A stretch of DNA of 63,051 bases, filler included, from Asterionella formosa (taxonomy: Eukaryota), in the NCBI GenBank assembly GCA_002256025.1. It is 8 parts of 8 records of this genome, joined end to end, with 100 filler letters (N's around TTAATTAATTAA, not from the genome) between each part and the next. Parts side by side here need not be neighbours in the genome. Positions count along the whole stretch, not along the records: positions 31,618 to 39,411 come from NKIB01012386.1; positions 39,512 to 47,303 come from NKIB01012387.1; positions 47,404 to 55,181 come from NKIB01012389.1; 5 more parts are not named here. One strand, 5' to 3'. The notes beneath the pieces were generated by a model. That model saw nothing but the letters and a program-made list of their open reading frames with translations. It had not been told where the DNA came from and searched no databases. This document shows positions 36,860-50,415 of this stretch, one piece after another (position 1 is the stretch's first letter; each line of letters starts with the position of its first letter). Both the position numbers and the translations under genes were made by a program.

Positions 36860-37170
36860 ACTCATGGCATCATCCTTTTCATCAGGAGTTGAGAGGTAAG
36901 CTGACACGCAGGTCATTGACTGACACTGGTGAAATTTTATTACTCATGTGGACAATGAACAAGAGGCCACATAACACGCAAGAGGATGCATTGCTATGAA
37001 ACTATAACTGTTATAAAATAAAGTTAAATTTATATAAAATGTCAGATGACTAATCTAAAATATCTTGATTATCAGAGGGCGACGACGTTATTAGGAATCA
37101 AATCACCAAAATATTTTGTGTTAAAATACACACATGATAAAATAAAAAATTTTAATATCAAAGCGCGCCT
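36860..37170 (-). mobile_element. Diverged terminal fragment of the Pangu-like element
   Basis: Reverse complement reads ATT|AGGCGCGCTTTGATAT... and aligns to 30544-30840. Confidence 0.7.
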
Positions 37171-37189
37171 AATTTATAACATGAAGTGA

Positions 37190-37580
37190 ATAACAGTTGT
37201 TCCATACACTTTCTACGGTTTTTACATTTAGCTGTTCCGATGGAGAGAATAACAGTCATTCCATAAACTTTCTATGGTTATAACATTTACATTGACCATA
37301 CAGCCGGATTTTTGAAGTTTCCGATGATCAAAACAAGCATGCCATCGTATTCTTCCTTGGCATATTTGCCACTTTTGCGGATGAACATTCAGCAATCAAA
37401 CTCAAGCTTCCATTCTTTTACTGCTATATCTTAATATGAATGAATTTAGAAATAAATTGTTGGAAGAAAATGAGGATCCTCATGATGCATCTGCATTTTG
37501 CTCGAGATGGCCATGAGTGAAAATCGAAAAAGCCCCAAAAAATTTGAAACATAGTTGCCAATTTTTAAATTTATTGCATA
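37190..37580 (-). pseudogene. Relic 5' part of the DD39D mariner family (similar relics ~24250-24305, 26078-26190, 56370-56650)
   Basis: Shares GCATCTGCATTT(C/T)GCTCGAGAT...GTTGCCAATTTT with 13131-13213. The 56397 ORF (YDITVEQLQLAFNYG...DGMLVLR) resembles mariner KDLTPEERQLVLDYG...DGRLISVR. Confidence 0.65.
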
Positions 37581-38229
37581 TAAAGTATGCTTAGATCAGC
37601 TAGAAGCAAGGCGCACATTAGAGCAATTGAGAAAGCAGACGAGAAAATTTTGGGAGTCGAAGAAATGGCGCAGAGAAATTATAAGAATTGATGCAGCTAT
37701 TTTCGCCCAGAGGGAGCACAGGTACCATTGTTTTTTCTGCAGTCATACTTAACATTATACTGTGTGTAAGACATGTACATACTACGATGGAACATGATCC
37801 TCCTGAGGAAGGTCCGGTATTAAACATTGTAAGCACACCTTGTCAGTTTCGACTCACTCCCAATGATTCGTCCCATACTTGCCAGACAAGATAGACCTGT
37901 TTTCAATGGAAATGATATTCCTTATGTATTTTAGGAAAATGTTACTTACTATGAAGAATACATATGACCACCACTCCCTGATAGCCTTACCAATACTATG
38001 AACATAGTATGTAAAGGTATTTCTATAGACATGGTCACAGTCATCATTGCGCCTGATGCAACATGCTACCGGAGTACCGCTATATTTGCAATATCATACA
38101 TATCACATTTCACTTACCAGTACTATGGCTGAATTTATATGATGTTCCCGAAATACCGTAGCCCTTGTAGACGCTAGTATATATTTATTTAGCCTGTATG
38201 TTGCTATGTTTTTCTACATACTGGAATAT

Positions 38230-38730
38230 GAAATTTTTATAGTACGCTTTTATTGAAACTCAAATCTCATGGAGTTCGTTGAGTCGGCTGAACTACTACT
38301 ACTAGGGCCCAATTGGGCCCCAAAGGAATGACCAGTGAGGGCGAGTCCATTGAGGGATTCTTAGGGGTTGCAGACTAGGAAACAACCTTAGAGATGGCAA
38401 ACAAGGGCAAGGAGCCCAAATAAGGCTCTTAGAGTTTGTGTAGACCAGCTAGTATAGATAGCTAGGAACTGAGGACAGAGAGGAAGGCCAATCAAGAAGT
38501 AGAAAGAAAATATGAAAACTCCATGGCCATTTTGGGAGAAATGTTTTAAATGAGAGCCCGGAATTTGAAGAATCAATGAAAGTGGTAGCCTGATGAAGAC
38601 AGAAGGTGAGAGCAAGAGAAGGGTTGAGAGTCCTCGCAGAAAGTATATGGCAAACTGTATTGCCATTTCAGTGAATTTACTGATTGGTTAACCATGTAAG
38701 CAAAACATCTTCCAGTTGCTGAATACGCAC
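38230..38730 (-). mobile_element. Highly diverged LINE 3' end relic
   Basis: AAATTTTTATAGTACGC...GGAGTTCGTTG.GTCG matches the LINE 3' terminus at 21295-21351; S/L/P-rich minus-strand composition. Confidence 0.5.
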
Positions 38731-39813
38731 CATTACAAGTAATAGTAGGTGAGCACAATTTCGATGATGAGAACACGACTTGGATTTAATGAATGATAAT
38801 TTAACACTATAGAAAGTTGCTCAAGAGAGTTTGATACAGAAAGCCAGCCTATCTCGCCTGGTATACGGGCATTTCGGTATTTATGCCGCAGTCTGTTTTT
38901 ACTAGAGTCTTCCTTTGTTATTCCTTGCATGCAACTACCGGTGGGCCTATAGCCCATCGATACCCGGTACTTCAAGTTACTCGTCGACTCCTCCTATTCC
39001 TCTATAAACAAGCATCAACGTAATAAAACTCGATGTACAATTGCAAAATGAGACTCCCTCAAATCAAGTTGTGAGCAGGGTACTCCAAATTGCAATTTCC
39101 ATCGCGAACACGAGCGATGTTGCCCTTTACCATTGCTGGGCAAATTCATCGCAGGGGAGCATGCGCAACAACAAAACACTCCAACATAAGAATTAGAAGG
39201 ACGAGGCACATTGCATGGAGAACTTAATTTCTTTTGCCAATAAGAATTTATAAGAATTGTTGCCTAAAATCATAACAGTTTTTCTAGTGGAAGTAATTTG
39301 GTCATCATTGCTATTCTCGCAATGTTGACAGCTCACGATATCTGTCAAAGAATGGGCTCGCAAATACGACTTGTGGTCAAGCCAGTTAGGAGGGTGGACG
39401 TAGATCCACAANNNNNNNNNNNNNNNNNNNNNNNNNNNNNNNNNNNNNNNNNNNNTTAATTAATTAANNNNNNNNNNNNNNNNNNNNNNNNNNNNNNNNN
39501 NNNNNNNNNNNGGGAAATTATACGCACAAACAAGGACAAGGTATTGTATATAGTACATCCGAGTATTCGTGTGTCTTGTACTATTTATCTAGTAGGTACT
39601 AGATCCAGGTAGGATTCGGACACAAAAACATTGCAACTAGCTACTACTGGCTTCCTGCCTGTTTTTTGGAACAGAAAAACTGCCAGCCATCCTCACGTGA
39701 CTCTATATTTCTCTAATAATTGCACTTTTTCGCAAAAATTGCGTTACTCTCCTCTTCTCTCTTTCCTTTGTCCCTTCGAGACTTCTTTCTCGCTCAAGAA
39801 CAGACCAGCCAAG

Positions 39814-40380
39814 ATGTGCGATGGTTTCTGTCCTTTCGAGGATCACAGGGCTCAGTATGGTGATGATGATACTATGTATCCTCATTACCACATCAAGACG
39901 AATTTCAGTGTTCCTTTCACTACTGACCAGTTTAAGAGTACTTGCGACAGTATGGACAAGTTACTTGAGATTGGCATGTTCAAGGATTTCCAGAGAGATC
40001 CTGAATTGTCCATGTAGAAACTCTATCTTCGATTGATCAACGCGTATGAGAATGAGTCCTTTCTCCCTCAACGCTATTGGTTAGTCCCCTTCAATCCTGA
40101 GTCTATGAGTTTGATCCGCGAGGGATACAGGACTCATGTGGATTATCCACTGCTCTATTTTCTTGCTTTTTTCACTCATGTGAGCAGAATTCTTGAGGCT
40201 CTAGGAAGATTGTACATTGGTTGCATCAATGTACGTGACCCTAATGCTGCTGATAGGCAGTACAAGTGGAAAGTTAGGATCACCCAAACTCCCCTTGACA
40301 CCTTCGCCACCTCTAAAATCCCTTTGGAGATCAATGAGATTATGACTTTCTTGTCCAAACCTTTTGGTAACAATTGGAAT
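39814..40380 (+). pseudogene. Unknown ~190-aa ORF with one internal stop, antisense to the adjacent Gypsy
   Basis: ORFs 39631-40017 and 40033-40494 share a frame and are separated by a single TAG; protein-like sequence from MCDGFCPFED; no recognised family. Confidence 0.4.
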
Positions 40381-40399
40381 TCCGTTGTTACCAACCAAG

Positions 40400-40926
40400 C
40401 TCTATGTATAATTACTTTTTGTCCTAAAAGGATTTTACGGAAGTCTTTCAGTGTTTCCACTATAGACAAGAGTTCTTGTTCGGTGATGGTATAGCGTCGT
40501 TGGGTCGCATTTCATTTACGACGAGAGAACAACGCTAGGAGCTTATCATCTTGCATGATGACAGCGCCTAATTGATTGTCACTTGCGTCAGTATAAATAT
40601 GAAACGTCTTAGAAAAGTTCGAGAAGGATAATACTACTACTTCCTGACTTAAAACTTCATTTATTCTAGTGAATGCTGCTTGATGGAGATCAGTCCATTC
40701 ACAATGGGATTTTGTGGAAGTTCGTGCTGTTAGCGGTGCTAAAAGATCACTACGTCTGATCCACATATCGCGATAATAATTGATCATACCAATAAAGCAT
40801 CATAGTTGCTTACGTTGAGTTGGTATTGCGATATTTTGAATTGCCTCGAAACGGGTTATCCAAAAACCAAGATATTCAATTTCGATGGTACAGAATGTCG
40901 ACTTGTCTGCATTTATCCGAAGCCCT
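40400..40926 (-). mobile_element. Ty3/Gypsy pol fragment (RT C-terminus + RNase H), decayed
   Basis: GLRINADKSTF..EYLGFWIT, FIGMINYYRDMW, FHIYTDASDNQLGAVIMQ, YTITEQELLSIVETLKDFRKILLG. Confidence 0.85.
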
Positions 40927-41312
40927 CAATTTGTACATGCTGTATGTAGGTGATCGTGAAACGAGCCCGAGGTAATAACCAGTAGGTCGTTTAATTACGT
41001 ACGTACACATTATTGACGAAATTCTACCAAAGAAGTATTTTTCTGTAGGGCTCCGGTAGTGTTCTACTCTGGACAGGTCAATGCTGTCCGGTACCCTTCC
41101 CTTGCTTGACCGTGGTGAAAATATGGTATAGAGAAAGGCAAAATTTCTACCCAGTAGTAATGGGGGTAGAATTTTTTTCACATTTTGGTAGAATATTCTA
41201 CCAACGGACCAATGGAACCCTGCAGTATGCCATGTTGTTGTCTAAGAAATTCTACCACGATACAACATGGTATGAAATGGGATTGAAGTAAAAAATTAAA
41301 CTAAATATCAAC

Positions 41313-43007
41313 ATGGCGAGAATGCCAACAAGAAGAGTAAATGAACCTACACAATCCCCTGCTTACAAGAGTGTCCTAATTGCTATGATGTCATACAGAG
41401 ATGGCATAGAATATTCTAAAAGCTACGAGTCTAGTCCAGAGGAAGTTGGGGAAGTTACACCTGAGGATGTCTACAAATGGATGGCTATGAAAGTCTATGG
41501 CCGTCCTGATCCAAACAATGATGACAATCCAACACATGGCCGGTCTTCTTCCCTGGAATTGCGTTCTCCTTGCCTTGGCCGTTCATCTTGAGACAGAATG
41601 TATAGAACAAGGCGCATCACCCGAAAATCCATGGGTGTTACAAAGCAACAATCCATCAAATGCAAAAAGAAAGGTCTATACAATTCTACTTGATGATGTA
41701 TGGGAAAGTGGTGAGTTCAAACAAATGAACAATGGTTTGATTGGCTCACACAGCCTTCGGAAGTACCCATCAACACATTCATGTCGAAATGGCTGCTCCT
41801 GGGATGATGATGCCTTCCGTGGACGCTGGAGACGGCGCACAGAACAAGTTGAAACTTACATTGATGAACTTACATTGATGTTGAGCTACCTTATCCAGAC
41901 GCCAAGGTTGCGGCAGCCCTTTGTATTGTCGGCCCAGCATGCAAGTTTTTTCTGAATGAAGAAAGCGGTGTGTCTGATGATTGGCTTCTGCAATATGTAG
42001 TGCCAATTATATGCATGGAGTTTCCACGTAATGTGCACTGACGCTGACACGTCCATTCCTTTGGGCGGCTTTTGAGCCAAGTCGACTGGGTTTCTTACTA
42101 GGCAAGCTGACACAACGGATCCAGATGGCATACGCACTTGTACGTTATCTACCACCAGGTACAAATCCTGTGGGGAAACGGCTAATTGTTGTGAATGGTG
42201 CAGAGGCGGAACTCTACATTGACGAGATCTGGGATCCAGATGAGTTTTCGAACGATGTGTGTGAAGAAGTCGCTGAAGTGTCAACAGGAGTAGCTGCAGT
42301 TTCAACAGTAAATAATGGAGGAGGAGGCGTACAGCAGCACCACCAACAACAAGCCGTCAATGCATTTATTCAGAGGAACCGGAACAAGAACGAATTCCTT
42401 GGGCTGTACTCACAGCAAAGGGAGATTCAACGAGAGGTGAAGGAGATGCAAAGCCAGATTTCCATCCTTACAAGCACCGTGACCAAAGGGATGGGCAAGA
42501 TGCAGACAAGCTTGAATCGACTTTCCCGGGTGCCGGCACAAATGCTCAGGGGCAGTGTTTCTAATTTTGCTTTCGGCATAACAAATGCCAACAACAACCC
42601 GAATTCAAATGTCGAAAATGTTGCTATCATAGGAACCAACAACAACAGCCAAGCAAGTAATGACGACGAACAAACAAATATGGCTTTGGATCCTGTTTAC
42701 AATAGTAGCCTTTCCAAGACACCAAAAACACTATTTGTTCTTTGGCAAGAATGGGAAGTTGGAATTACAGGACGAAAACCAGCAAGGATATTTACAAGGG
42801 CAGAGAGGGGGAGGACAAAATTTATCTATTATCGACGCAAGGTTTTCTGGGATACAGTGGCAGCTCTTGTTTGAGCTGGGTACACTGCACATGCTGCAAT
42901 CGACCAAATCTATGAGGCATATGGTCCAGAGAAGAATGTTACTCAAATTCTCAACCAAATGTTGAAAGATCGCCGCAATGGTGGGCATCCACAACTACGT
43001 GTCTAAC
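41313..43007 (+). mobile_element. CryptonS-type tyrosine-recombinase transposon (internally deleted) with C-terminal GCR1_C domain
   Basis: N-terminal TPEDVYKWMAMKVYGRPDP..DDNPTHGRSSSL; YR box II GSHSLRK...RGRW...YID, then LPYPDAKVAAALC; GCR1_C-like LSKTPKTLFVLWQEWEVGITGRKPARIF...YRRKVFWD. Confidence 0.85.
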
Positions 43008-43274
43008 TAGATTTACATATTAACTATTAAGAAACTACTACACGCTTACATTCCATTCTCCTTTGATTTACAATTTACATTCTGACTTCATTTTATTTTC
43101 GCATGCATAAACCGGTGTATTGTGGCTATTTACATACAGGCGATATTTGACATGTACTGCCAAGCCAAAAATGATCAAGGCCATACTCCAGTGCATGCTT
43201 TGTATGTCATGCTAGTAAACTACTAGTGCACTAGCTTTCACTACGGCAAAAATTGGTAGTATTGGGGGTAGAAT

Positions 43275-43650
43275 TAATTATCAATACCTGCACAGTATAG
43301 ACCTGTCATTAGCTTGACATTCTTTCTTGAAAAATGATTCCCATTGGTAATCGCTTATATTTGCCCCAAGGAAAAATTAGCTATAGTACATGAGTTTTGT
43401 GCCTCTTTATCTACACGAATTGTATAGTATCCCATGTAAAGGTCTAATGCCGTGGCATATGTAAACCCTTTGAGCTCTTGGATGAGGTCGGATATTTTTG
43501 GGATAGGAAACGGTTTTTGTTTGATATTTGCATTTAGCCGGCGAAATTCTGAAACTACACGGACTGTACCTAACGTTTTTGCCATGATAAATGTAGGAGC
43601 GGCATGTGCCGAGTCACTACATTTCTCTAACACGCATAAAATCGCACAAC
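43275..43650 (-). mobile_element. Ty3/Gypsy RT N-terminal half (same element as 40400-40926)
   Basis: APTFIMAK..GTVRVVSEFRRLN..PFPIPKISDL..ATALDLYMGYY, YKRLPMG, IFQERM; ends at a decayed (Y)IDD motif. Confidence 0.85.
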
Positions 43651-45679
43651 CATTGTATATCCTTTCGGACGGTCTCCTTATAGATGATCGGTACTGGGTA
43701 TGGATGTGCTTTGTATTAGTTGTGATTGGACCACCTTATTTTGCACACTAATGTACATACGATGATTGCCTTCAGTGTGAATGTAAGACTCGAGTAGTGT
43801 TAGCACTGCAGTTCTTACTAAATTATTTTGCCTGGTACATTATAATCGCTCGTTTCCTTTTCAGGTTAGGTACCGGCAGCGGCTAGATCATTAATGCATA
43901 CCGTATAGTGTTGGTTTGAAAATGAGCATGTCACCCATAGTGTTTGCGCGCATAGGCAAGTTTCACATAATGAAGATGCATTTGGCTCAGTGGCCTTTTA
44001 CATGATTTCACAGGTGTCCATAAACCATCATCATGTGGCTGGAATTTCGTTTTCAAGGGAGATCATGTCCTCGTAAGGAAATGCCGCTTGTAAGTGTTCT
44101 CGTAAGATCCTGTCCGATTATTATGCTGGAGGGATGTGTGAGCAGCACTGTTACTGTCATCGAGGTAACAGTCATGTGTATATGTCATATGGGACATTGC
44201 ATACTATTCACACCAATGATTATCATGTATGTGAATTATTAATTAGTCCGTCATGCATTTCTGCTGTGTACTGGACCTATAATGATGTATAGTAGGCAAA
44301 TAAAATATGATTTAAAATATTTTGTACCATACTACCAGTACTGTTACTACTGTCATCAATGCAACCACAGTCCCATATATCTATGTATGTACATACAGTA
44401 TACTGTACCACTGATTGTGGATATATATATATCTGTATTATTTATCAGTCTGTCATGCACTTCTGCTGTGTATTGATACTCCATAATCGGGTTCTTTCCG
44501 GCTCGACAGGCTGATATCAGTCTCCCTTTGCGGCCCGATAAGAAAGCCTTAACATCTCTTTCCTTTCACCTTATATACATCTCTGGATAGTAATTTTTCG
44601 CCTGAATAAAACGGCTCTATATGTTAGAGACAAGGAATTGAAATTTGAACTAGTAATATTTAGTCGTGAGCCAGTCACAACATGAAAAATTCCACAGACA
44701 CATATCAGTCTGGACTGGAAGGACTCAATACTTCTTCCATGGAATGATGTAAACAACAGTTAACACAACGATAGACACCCACGGAGCATATACAACATGT
44801 CCAAGTCTTTCTTTTGCAGTCTACCAGCCGACTACGATGTAAAACAGTGGAAGGGAAACGCGGAGCTTTTGCGGCGCTTGTGGAGGTGCAACTAGTGTGA
44901 TGGCAACCGAGTGTAGTAATTGTTGAACAGAGCACAGTGTAATATGCATGTTGCGCCAGCGTAATGTTTTCACAATACATACATAACAAGGAAAAACAAC
45001 ACAACGATGAACGTGATGGCTGGTTGTGGAGGATCCCGGTATGTGATATGCATCAACAACCCATACCACAAATCATATTATGGTGATGTATATATCAACG
45101 CATCCGTATACTTAGATCCTATTCACTATATAATACTATCATATCAATTATTTGCTTTTACTGTATACATTTAAAGTTGAATATACATATTAAGTAACAT
45201 ACTTTATGATTGATTGATATATTTTCTATGATGTATTGATAACACTTGCATGCATATTTTATCGTATTTTATTATCGTTGTATTTTTTGAACATAATCAT
45301 ATTTTGATTAAAAATGTATCATGAAACATTTTAAGAAATCATCATGGTTCCATGATCAATATATCATAGGTATGTGATGTACTTTATTCAATAATACGTA
45401 TCATATTTTGTTGATGTATGCATCGAAGTACTAACCCTATCGTGATATCACATTATCATCTTATCAATCATTCAATGTTGATTGGGAACTGTATTCTGCA
45501 TCGTACTACGGAGTATAATATTAAAAGACGCACTTTAGTACTTAAGTTACTGCTGTATAATGTACACAAGTCGACAGTGCACGTACTACACACACGCTAA
45601 GCAGGTTTGAGGCTAGTGCCAACGAGCGAATGACGATGTGGGTACCAATTTTTCGAGCGGCAAACTATGAAAGGATCCA

Positions 45680-46700
45680 CACAAAATCCATAGATCATAT
45701 GCGGCAGTACATCAAACTAGAAAACTAAAAAGCATAATTTGAAAATAAGTACAACCAGAACAGGGAAAAATTGGTTGACTGGGACAATATATCATTAGAT
45801 TCAAGAGTCAACAATGTCAAACACAGACAAGGATCACAAAATGTATCCATGTGTGCCTCCCAACAGGAGCGCAAAGGAGCCTAATGCACCATGCATGGGG
45901 TCAAGACATACCCTCAATGTGGAGAGGACGAGTCAAATGAACATATGATAGTGTGCAAACAACCCAAAAGCGCCTATAATAGAGGACTTCAAATCTCAGT
46001 GATGGCATCCACGCTACGGCAATACAAAGCAGGCCAAGCAGTATCAGCGGTATGGATGGAGTCTGTAAAACACCTTTTTTTGTCCGCCAAAGATCCCTTT
46101 CAACTAAATTTTGAGCCCAGAACATTGGAAACAACAAAAAAGGATACATCATGCATTACAACAACAAAACAAAATGGGTAAGATAATGGCGTTAAGGGGA
46201 TACTTAAGCAAAGGATGTAAAAGCGCAGTTCTAAAAAGCTCGACAATGGATCCAAGTCCAACAAAAGCAAAATGCAACATCTGGATCAAAAGGGCCATTA
46301 CACAAATATGGCTTTGAATGGACAGATCCTGGAAGGAAAGAAACGATGCATTACGCAACGGCAACAAGAATAGTACCATTTCTCAATCAGAATATGACAA
46401 AAATAATCAAAAATACTACGCACAAAAAAGGATGAAATATCTAGGAGGGGTGAACATCTATTCAGCGCGAGCTTGGTGGAACTTCTGAAAGCTCAACCGA
46501 GTAAAAAACTAAGATTTCTTAGAAGGGCCAACTATCTTTTCAAAGAATCACAGAAATTTGCTGCATCTGACCAACAATTGATTCACGCATATTACAACAC
46601 AAAAATCATGCACACCACAAAAATATCACCAGAAGTGAGGACCACCAGGAAGGAACTAACACAATCCACACTTTCCTTCCTATTCTCAAGCTGATATGAA
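45680..46700 (+). mobile_element. Decayed non-LTR retrotransposon 3' fragment (different family)
   Basis: YPQCGEDESNEHMIVC (decayed CCHC), ALQQQNKMGKIMALRGYLSKG, WKERNDAL: homologous to the C-terminus of the 21-23 kb LINE. Confidence 0.6.
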
Positions 46701-49177
46701 AAGTGCAGCTATGGGAAATGTTAAGAGAACAAAGCTACCGAAATTTTTTAACCCTATTTCCACACGAGGGATTGACCACCACAAAAATCCACCACCCCAC
46801 CTGACATGGGGCATGGAGCGCAAAGACCTCAACTCTAGAAAAAGACCAGTAAGAATGCGCCATTAAGATGATTAATGCATAGAATGATTTAAACTAATTT
46901 GAGAATATACTAAAAGATATATTTAGACACAAATAGAATGAAAGACTTACCTTATTTTGGCAACCAGCTTGCCAATATTAGAGTAAAAACACAACAATAC
47001 CCACCAATAGCTTGTTACCGGTTTGCTCATTTTTCTTGATACATTTGACAGTAGAAGAAACACTGTAGCAGATGAGACAAACTCCATGTCAGGAGGAATA
47101 CCTACCTTTCCAATGTTTGTAATTGGTGGATAGATATTTTAAACAAAAGAATTTGATTTACAGCCTGCATACTGGCTACTAGTATTGCGTATGCACAAGA
47201 TCAACAGTGACAGTCGGGCAAGCATACCGTTAATCTAAACCAATTTTCGTATACAAAAAATGAAAGTCATATACATTATATAATATATTTAATTGATTGA
47301 ATCNNNNNNNNNNNNNNNNNNNNNNNNNNNNNNNNNNNNNNNNNNNNTTAATTAATTAANNNNNNNNNNNNNNNNNNNNNNNNNNNNNNNNNNNNNNNNN
47401 NNNAGGAGGTTGGGGTGCAACTCTTGTAGCTACTTTGCACATGATGCTAGTACCAGGGCATCTGGAACGGTTGGCAGGCAGTGTGGGGGGAGGGAAGTGC
47501 AAATACTTAATTGATAATGCATTAATAGCCTATGATATCTGTACAAATATGTAGTGTGTGTGCTGGCACAGTACCGGTATTCAGTACTACCGGTTTACCG
47601 AGTTTTGGGCTACGAGTACCGGCTACACCTGCTACTGCTGCATCTTGTCTAGCTGCAATTGGGTTACGTACTCCCAGGTATCATGCGAACACAAAGTGAA
47701 GCAAGCAATGACGAAAGGATGAGTGGGTGGCTGCGGCATCGTCTACTACTAACTGCTCGCTCCGAGTATTGGTGCATAATAACAAGAACGGTGACTCCGG
47801 CTGTAATAAAATTGCTGAAGGCAAGATATGCCTGAGGTGGTCTCTTGCCTTCGAGTACACATGTATTCGAGAAGGCAAGTAGCCGCCAAGAAGGGTATTG
47901 CTGATGAGGCAATTCACAAACAAGCTATCATTATGCCATTCACTTACCTACTGCCCACAAGTATAGCATAAATGTCAAGTTTAGGTTGCTATTGCCCATC
48001 ACATAAAATATATTTTGGATATTTCCTTTATTCTCATCAAATCTTGCCAAAGGTCTGATATTGCCCATCATTAAAATGTCTCTTGTTGCATATTGTAGAA
48101 TGTTGCATGTGTACAAATAAGACGCTTTTCAAAGCAATGACGAGATATCGAGGTATCATCTAGTATGTCATAGAGCCCACTTGTGGTTTTCCGATTTTGC
48201 TGTTTCGGCTACTATATATAAATAATAACTTCACTTTTATAGCGCCTTAAAGCTACTCTATTGGAGATGGGGCAGCTCGCATGGCACTTCCTGGCATGAA
48301 CAGCCTCGACATCCTGTGTTCCAGTATATAATGAAGCTTTGCTTGATTTTTTTCTCTTCCGACCTTGATAATCAACACAAACGCCAAATCCACCGTTATT
48401 TCTGGTTGTATGATCTCTTTCTTGTCCTTGTAGTTGCGCACTGTTTCCCTTGCCGTGGCGAGCTCCTTCGCCGCAAATTTTTCCGATTTTGACGACATCG
48501 CCACATCGTCACGATCACAGTTTGACGCCATTACCGCCTTGATTTTCTTCATTTTTCCTGTTATGAAATCACTTCCTTTTAGCGCCTTTGTCAAATTCTG
48601 CCGTGTCGAACATGATGCCTTTGTGGTGCTAGTATCATTGCGACCAAACCCCAGTGATGTTGTTTTTGCCATGGCGATGGCGCTGTTTTGCTTGCTTCTT
48701 ATTGAAGAATTCTTCTAATGTAATAATTGCTGTGATTACCCAATTTTCTTCTTCCTTCACATGCTCGCCTTTATACTTAGCGAACAAATAATCTTTATTT
48801 TAAAATAAGTTTCTGCTATATCTAAACAAATGTAGTAGCTACAAATAAAATCGTTTACAATAGGCTAGCAACTATTCGATTCTATGTATTTGATTAGTAT
48901 AGTACAAGAGCAATTGAGGGAAAGTTGTCATGATCACTGTCGTCAAATTGTCAGCGATTTGTTGTAGCACAAGGCAACAACCCTCCACGGAAGCGTGCCA
49001 GCCCTTGCATGACGCGCTCTAAATATATATATTCAGTTCTGAATAATTAGCTAATATTATTTAACCCCCAAAAATGATTGCCGTTAAACGATTTTAAGCA
49101 CATTTCCGTATGTCCCAGGTACGACCGCTAATCCCTATGCTGATGGCTGTTGCTCTTTGCTTACCTGGTGAGTAATA

Positions 49178-49867
49178 CTGCAAGTTGCGGTGATTCTGCT
49201 CAACTTATATATATATATTTAGTCTGTAGTCTGTATGCATGGCTGGGTGCAATTTTTTGGGGTCTCGAGGTAGACACCGTAGATAGGACTAGCATTAGCA
49301 ATAACCCTGACCCTACTGTATATGATATTTTTCGCCTAAAAACATTAGTAACACCACTACCTGTATTTCAAAAATGATCCTAACTATTATCGATAGGGTA
49401 CCTGGTACATTAAATCCAGATCAAAGGATATGCGGTTTTTCACTTTGGCCAGAAAAGACTACTTTTGGAGACTTCAGGAAATTCCATGCATTTCCTGAAA
49501 TTTCCTTACGCATTTCCTTACGTTTCCTTAAGTTTTCCTGAAAGTCATAGGCATTTCCTGATAGTCATAGTCATTTCCTGAAATTTAGAGGAATTTCCTG
49601 AAAGTCATAATGCTTCCTGAATGTCATAGTCGTTTTTGCAATTAGAAGAATTCCGCTATTTATTTCGCTGAATCGTGCTATGAATAGAAGATGTTCTTTA
49701 TACGTTATAAAATATGTCGATGTCCGGTGACATGTTGTCCGTTTCAGGAAAATGACCGCTGGTTGAAGGTACAACAACGAGATGCGGTAATTTTGCTTAA
49801 ATAAACAATTCGATTTGGGATAAAAACAGCTAAATCGTTAGTTCAGCAAAATTACCGCAACTTGATG
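49178..49867. mobile_element. ~690-bp MITE with TA TSD (Tc1/mariner-type)
   Basis: TA|CTGCAAGTTGCGGTGATTCTGCTCAACT ... AGTTCAGCAAAATTACCGCAACTTGATG|TA (23/28 TIR match); internal TTTCCTGA/GTCATA short repeats. Confidence 0.75.
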
Positions 49868-50415
49868 TACTCCACCTAGTACTAACTAGTGGTACCAGGT
49901 ACCAGGTACCAGTCACCAGGTACTGGTACCCTGGTGCCTGGCAACGCTATAAAGATATACCAGTGTACAGAGTGCTAAGAATATTCATACTTCATAACTG
50001 TCTGTACTTTTTTGTTCGCTCCTTGGAAAGTCTGGTGAAACACGTTTTTTATGAGTATAACAGTGTTCCAGTAGTGTTCCAGTTGTTTGTGTAAATAGCT
50101 CGATGTAAAGTCTTATACTTGGAGATGGCATTAAATCTAATCCTTCTTTCACACTTGGCTGTTGCACCTGAAAAAGCCTATAAATTCAACACAAGCATCA
50201 TTTATTGCATCACCATAATCCTAAATGTCACGTTTTTAGTAATGTGATTTCAATTGTGATGAGTGAATGATTACTCTGAATCAATATTTTTCTGTAAATG
50301 ATCCTAGTTTGAACTAGCGGATTAAATGCAGCAAGCAACCTTCTAGCTAGCTGGTAGCCTATGGTGAGTTAATATGCATATATATTAATTTCGATTTTAG
50401 AAGTGTTAGGTCCAA

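Noticed and set aside
30544..37170. One 6.6-kb element bounded by inward-facing TIRs
   Set aside because: It crosses a spacer, both TIRs are the same end of the family, and the flanks differ (AGT versus AAT).
48253..48672. 139-aa minus-strand ORF as a gene
   Set aside because: No recognisable domain; overlapping frames are broken, so it cannot be distinguished from a chance or relic ORF.
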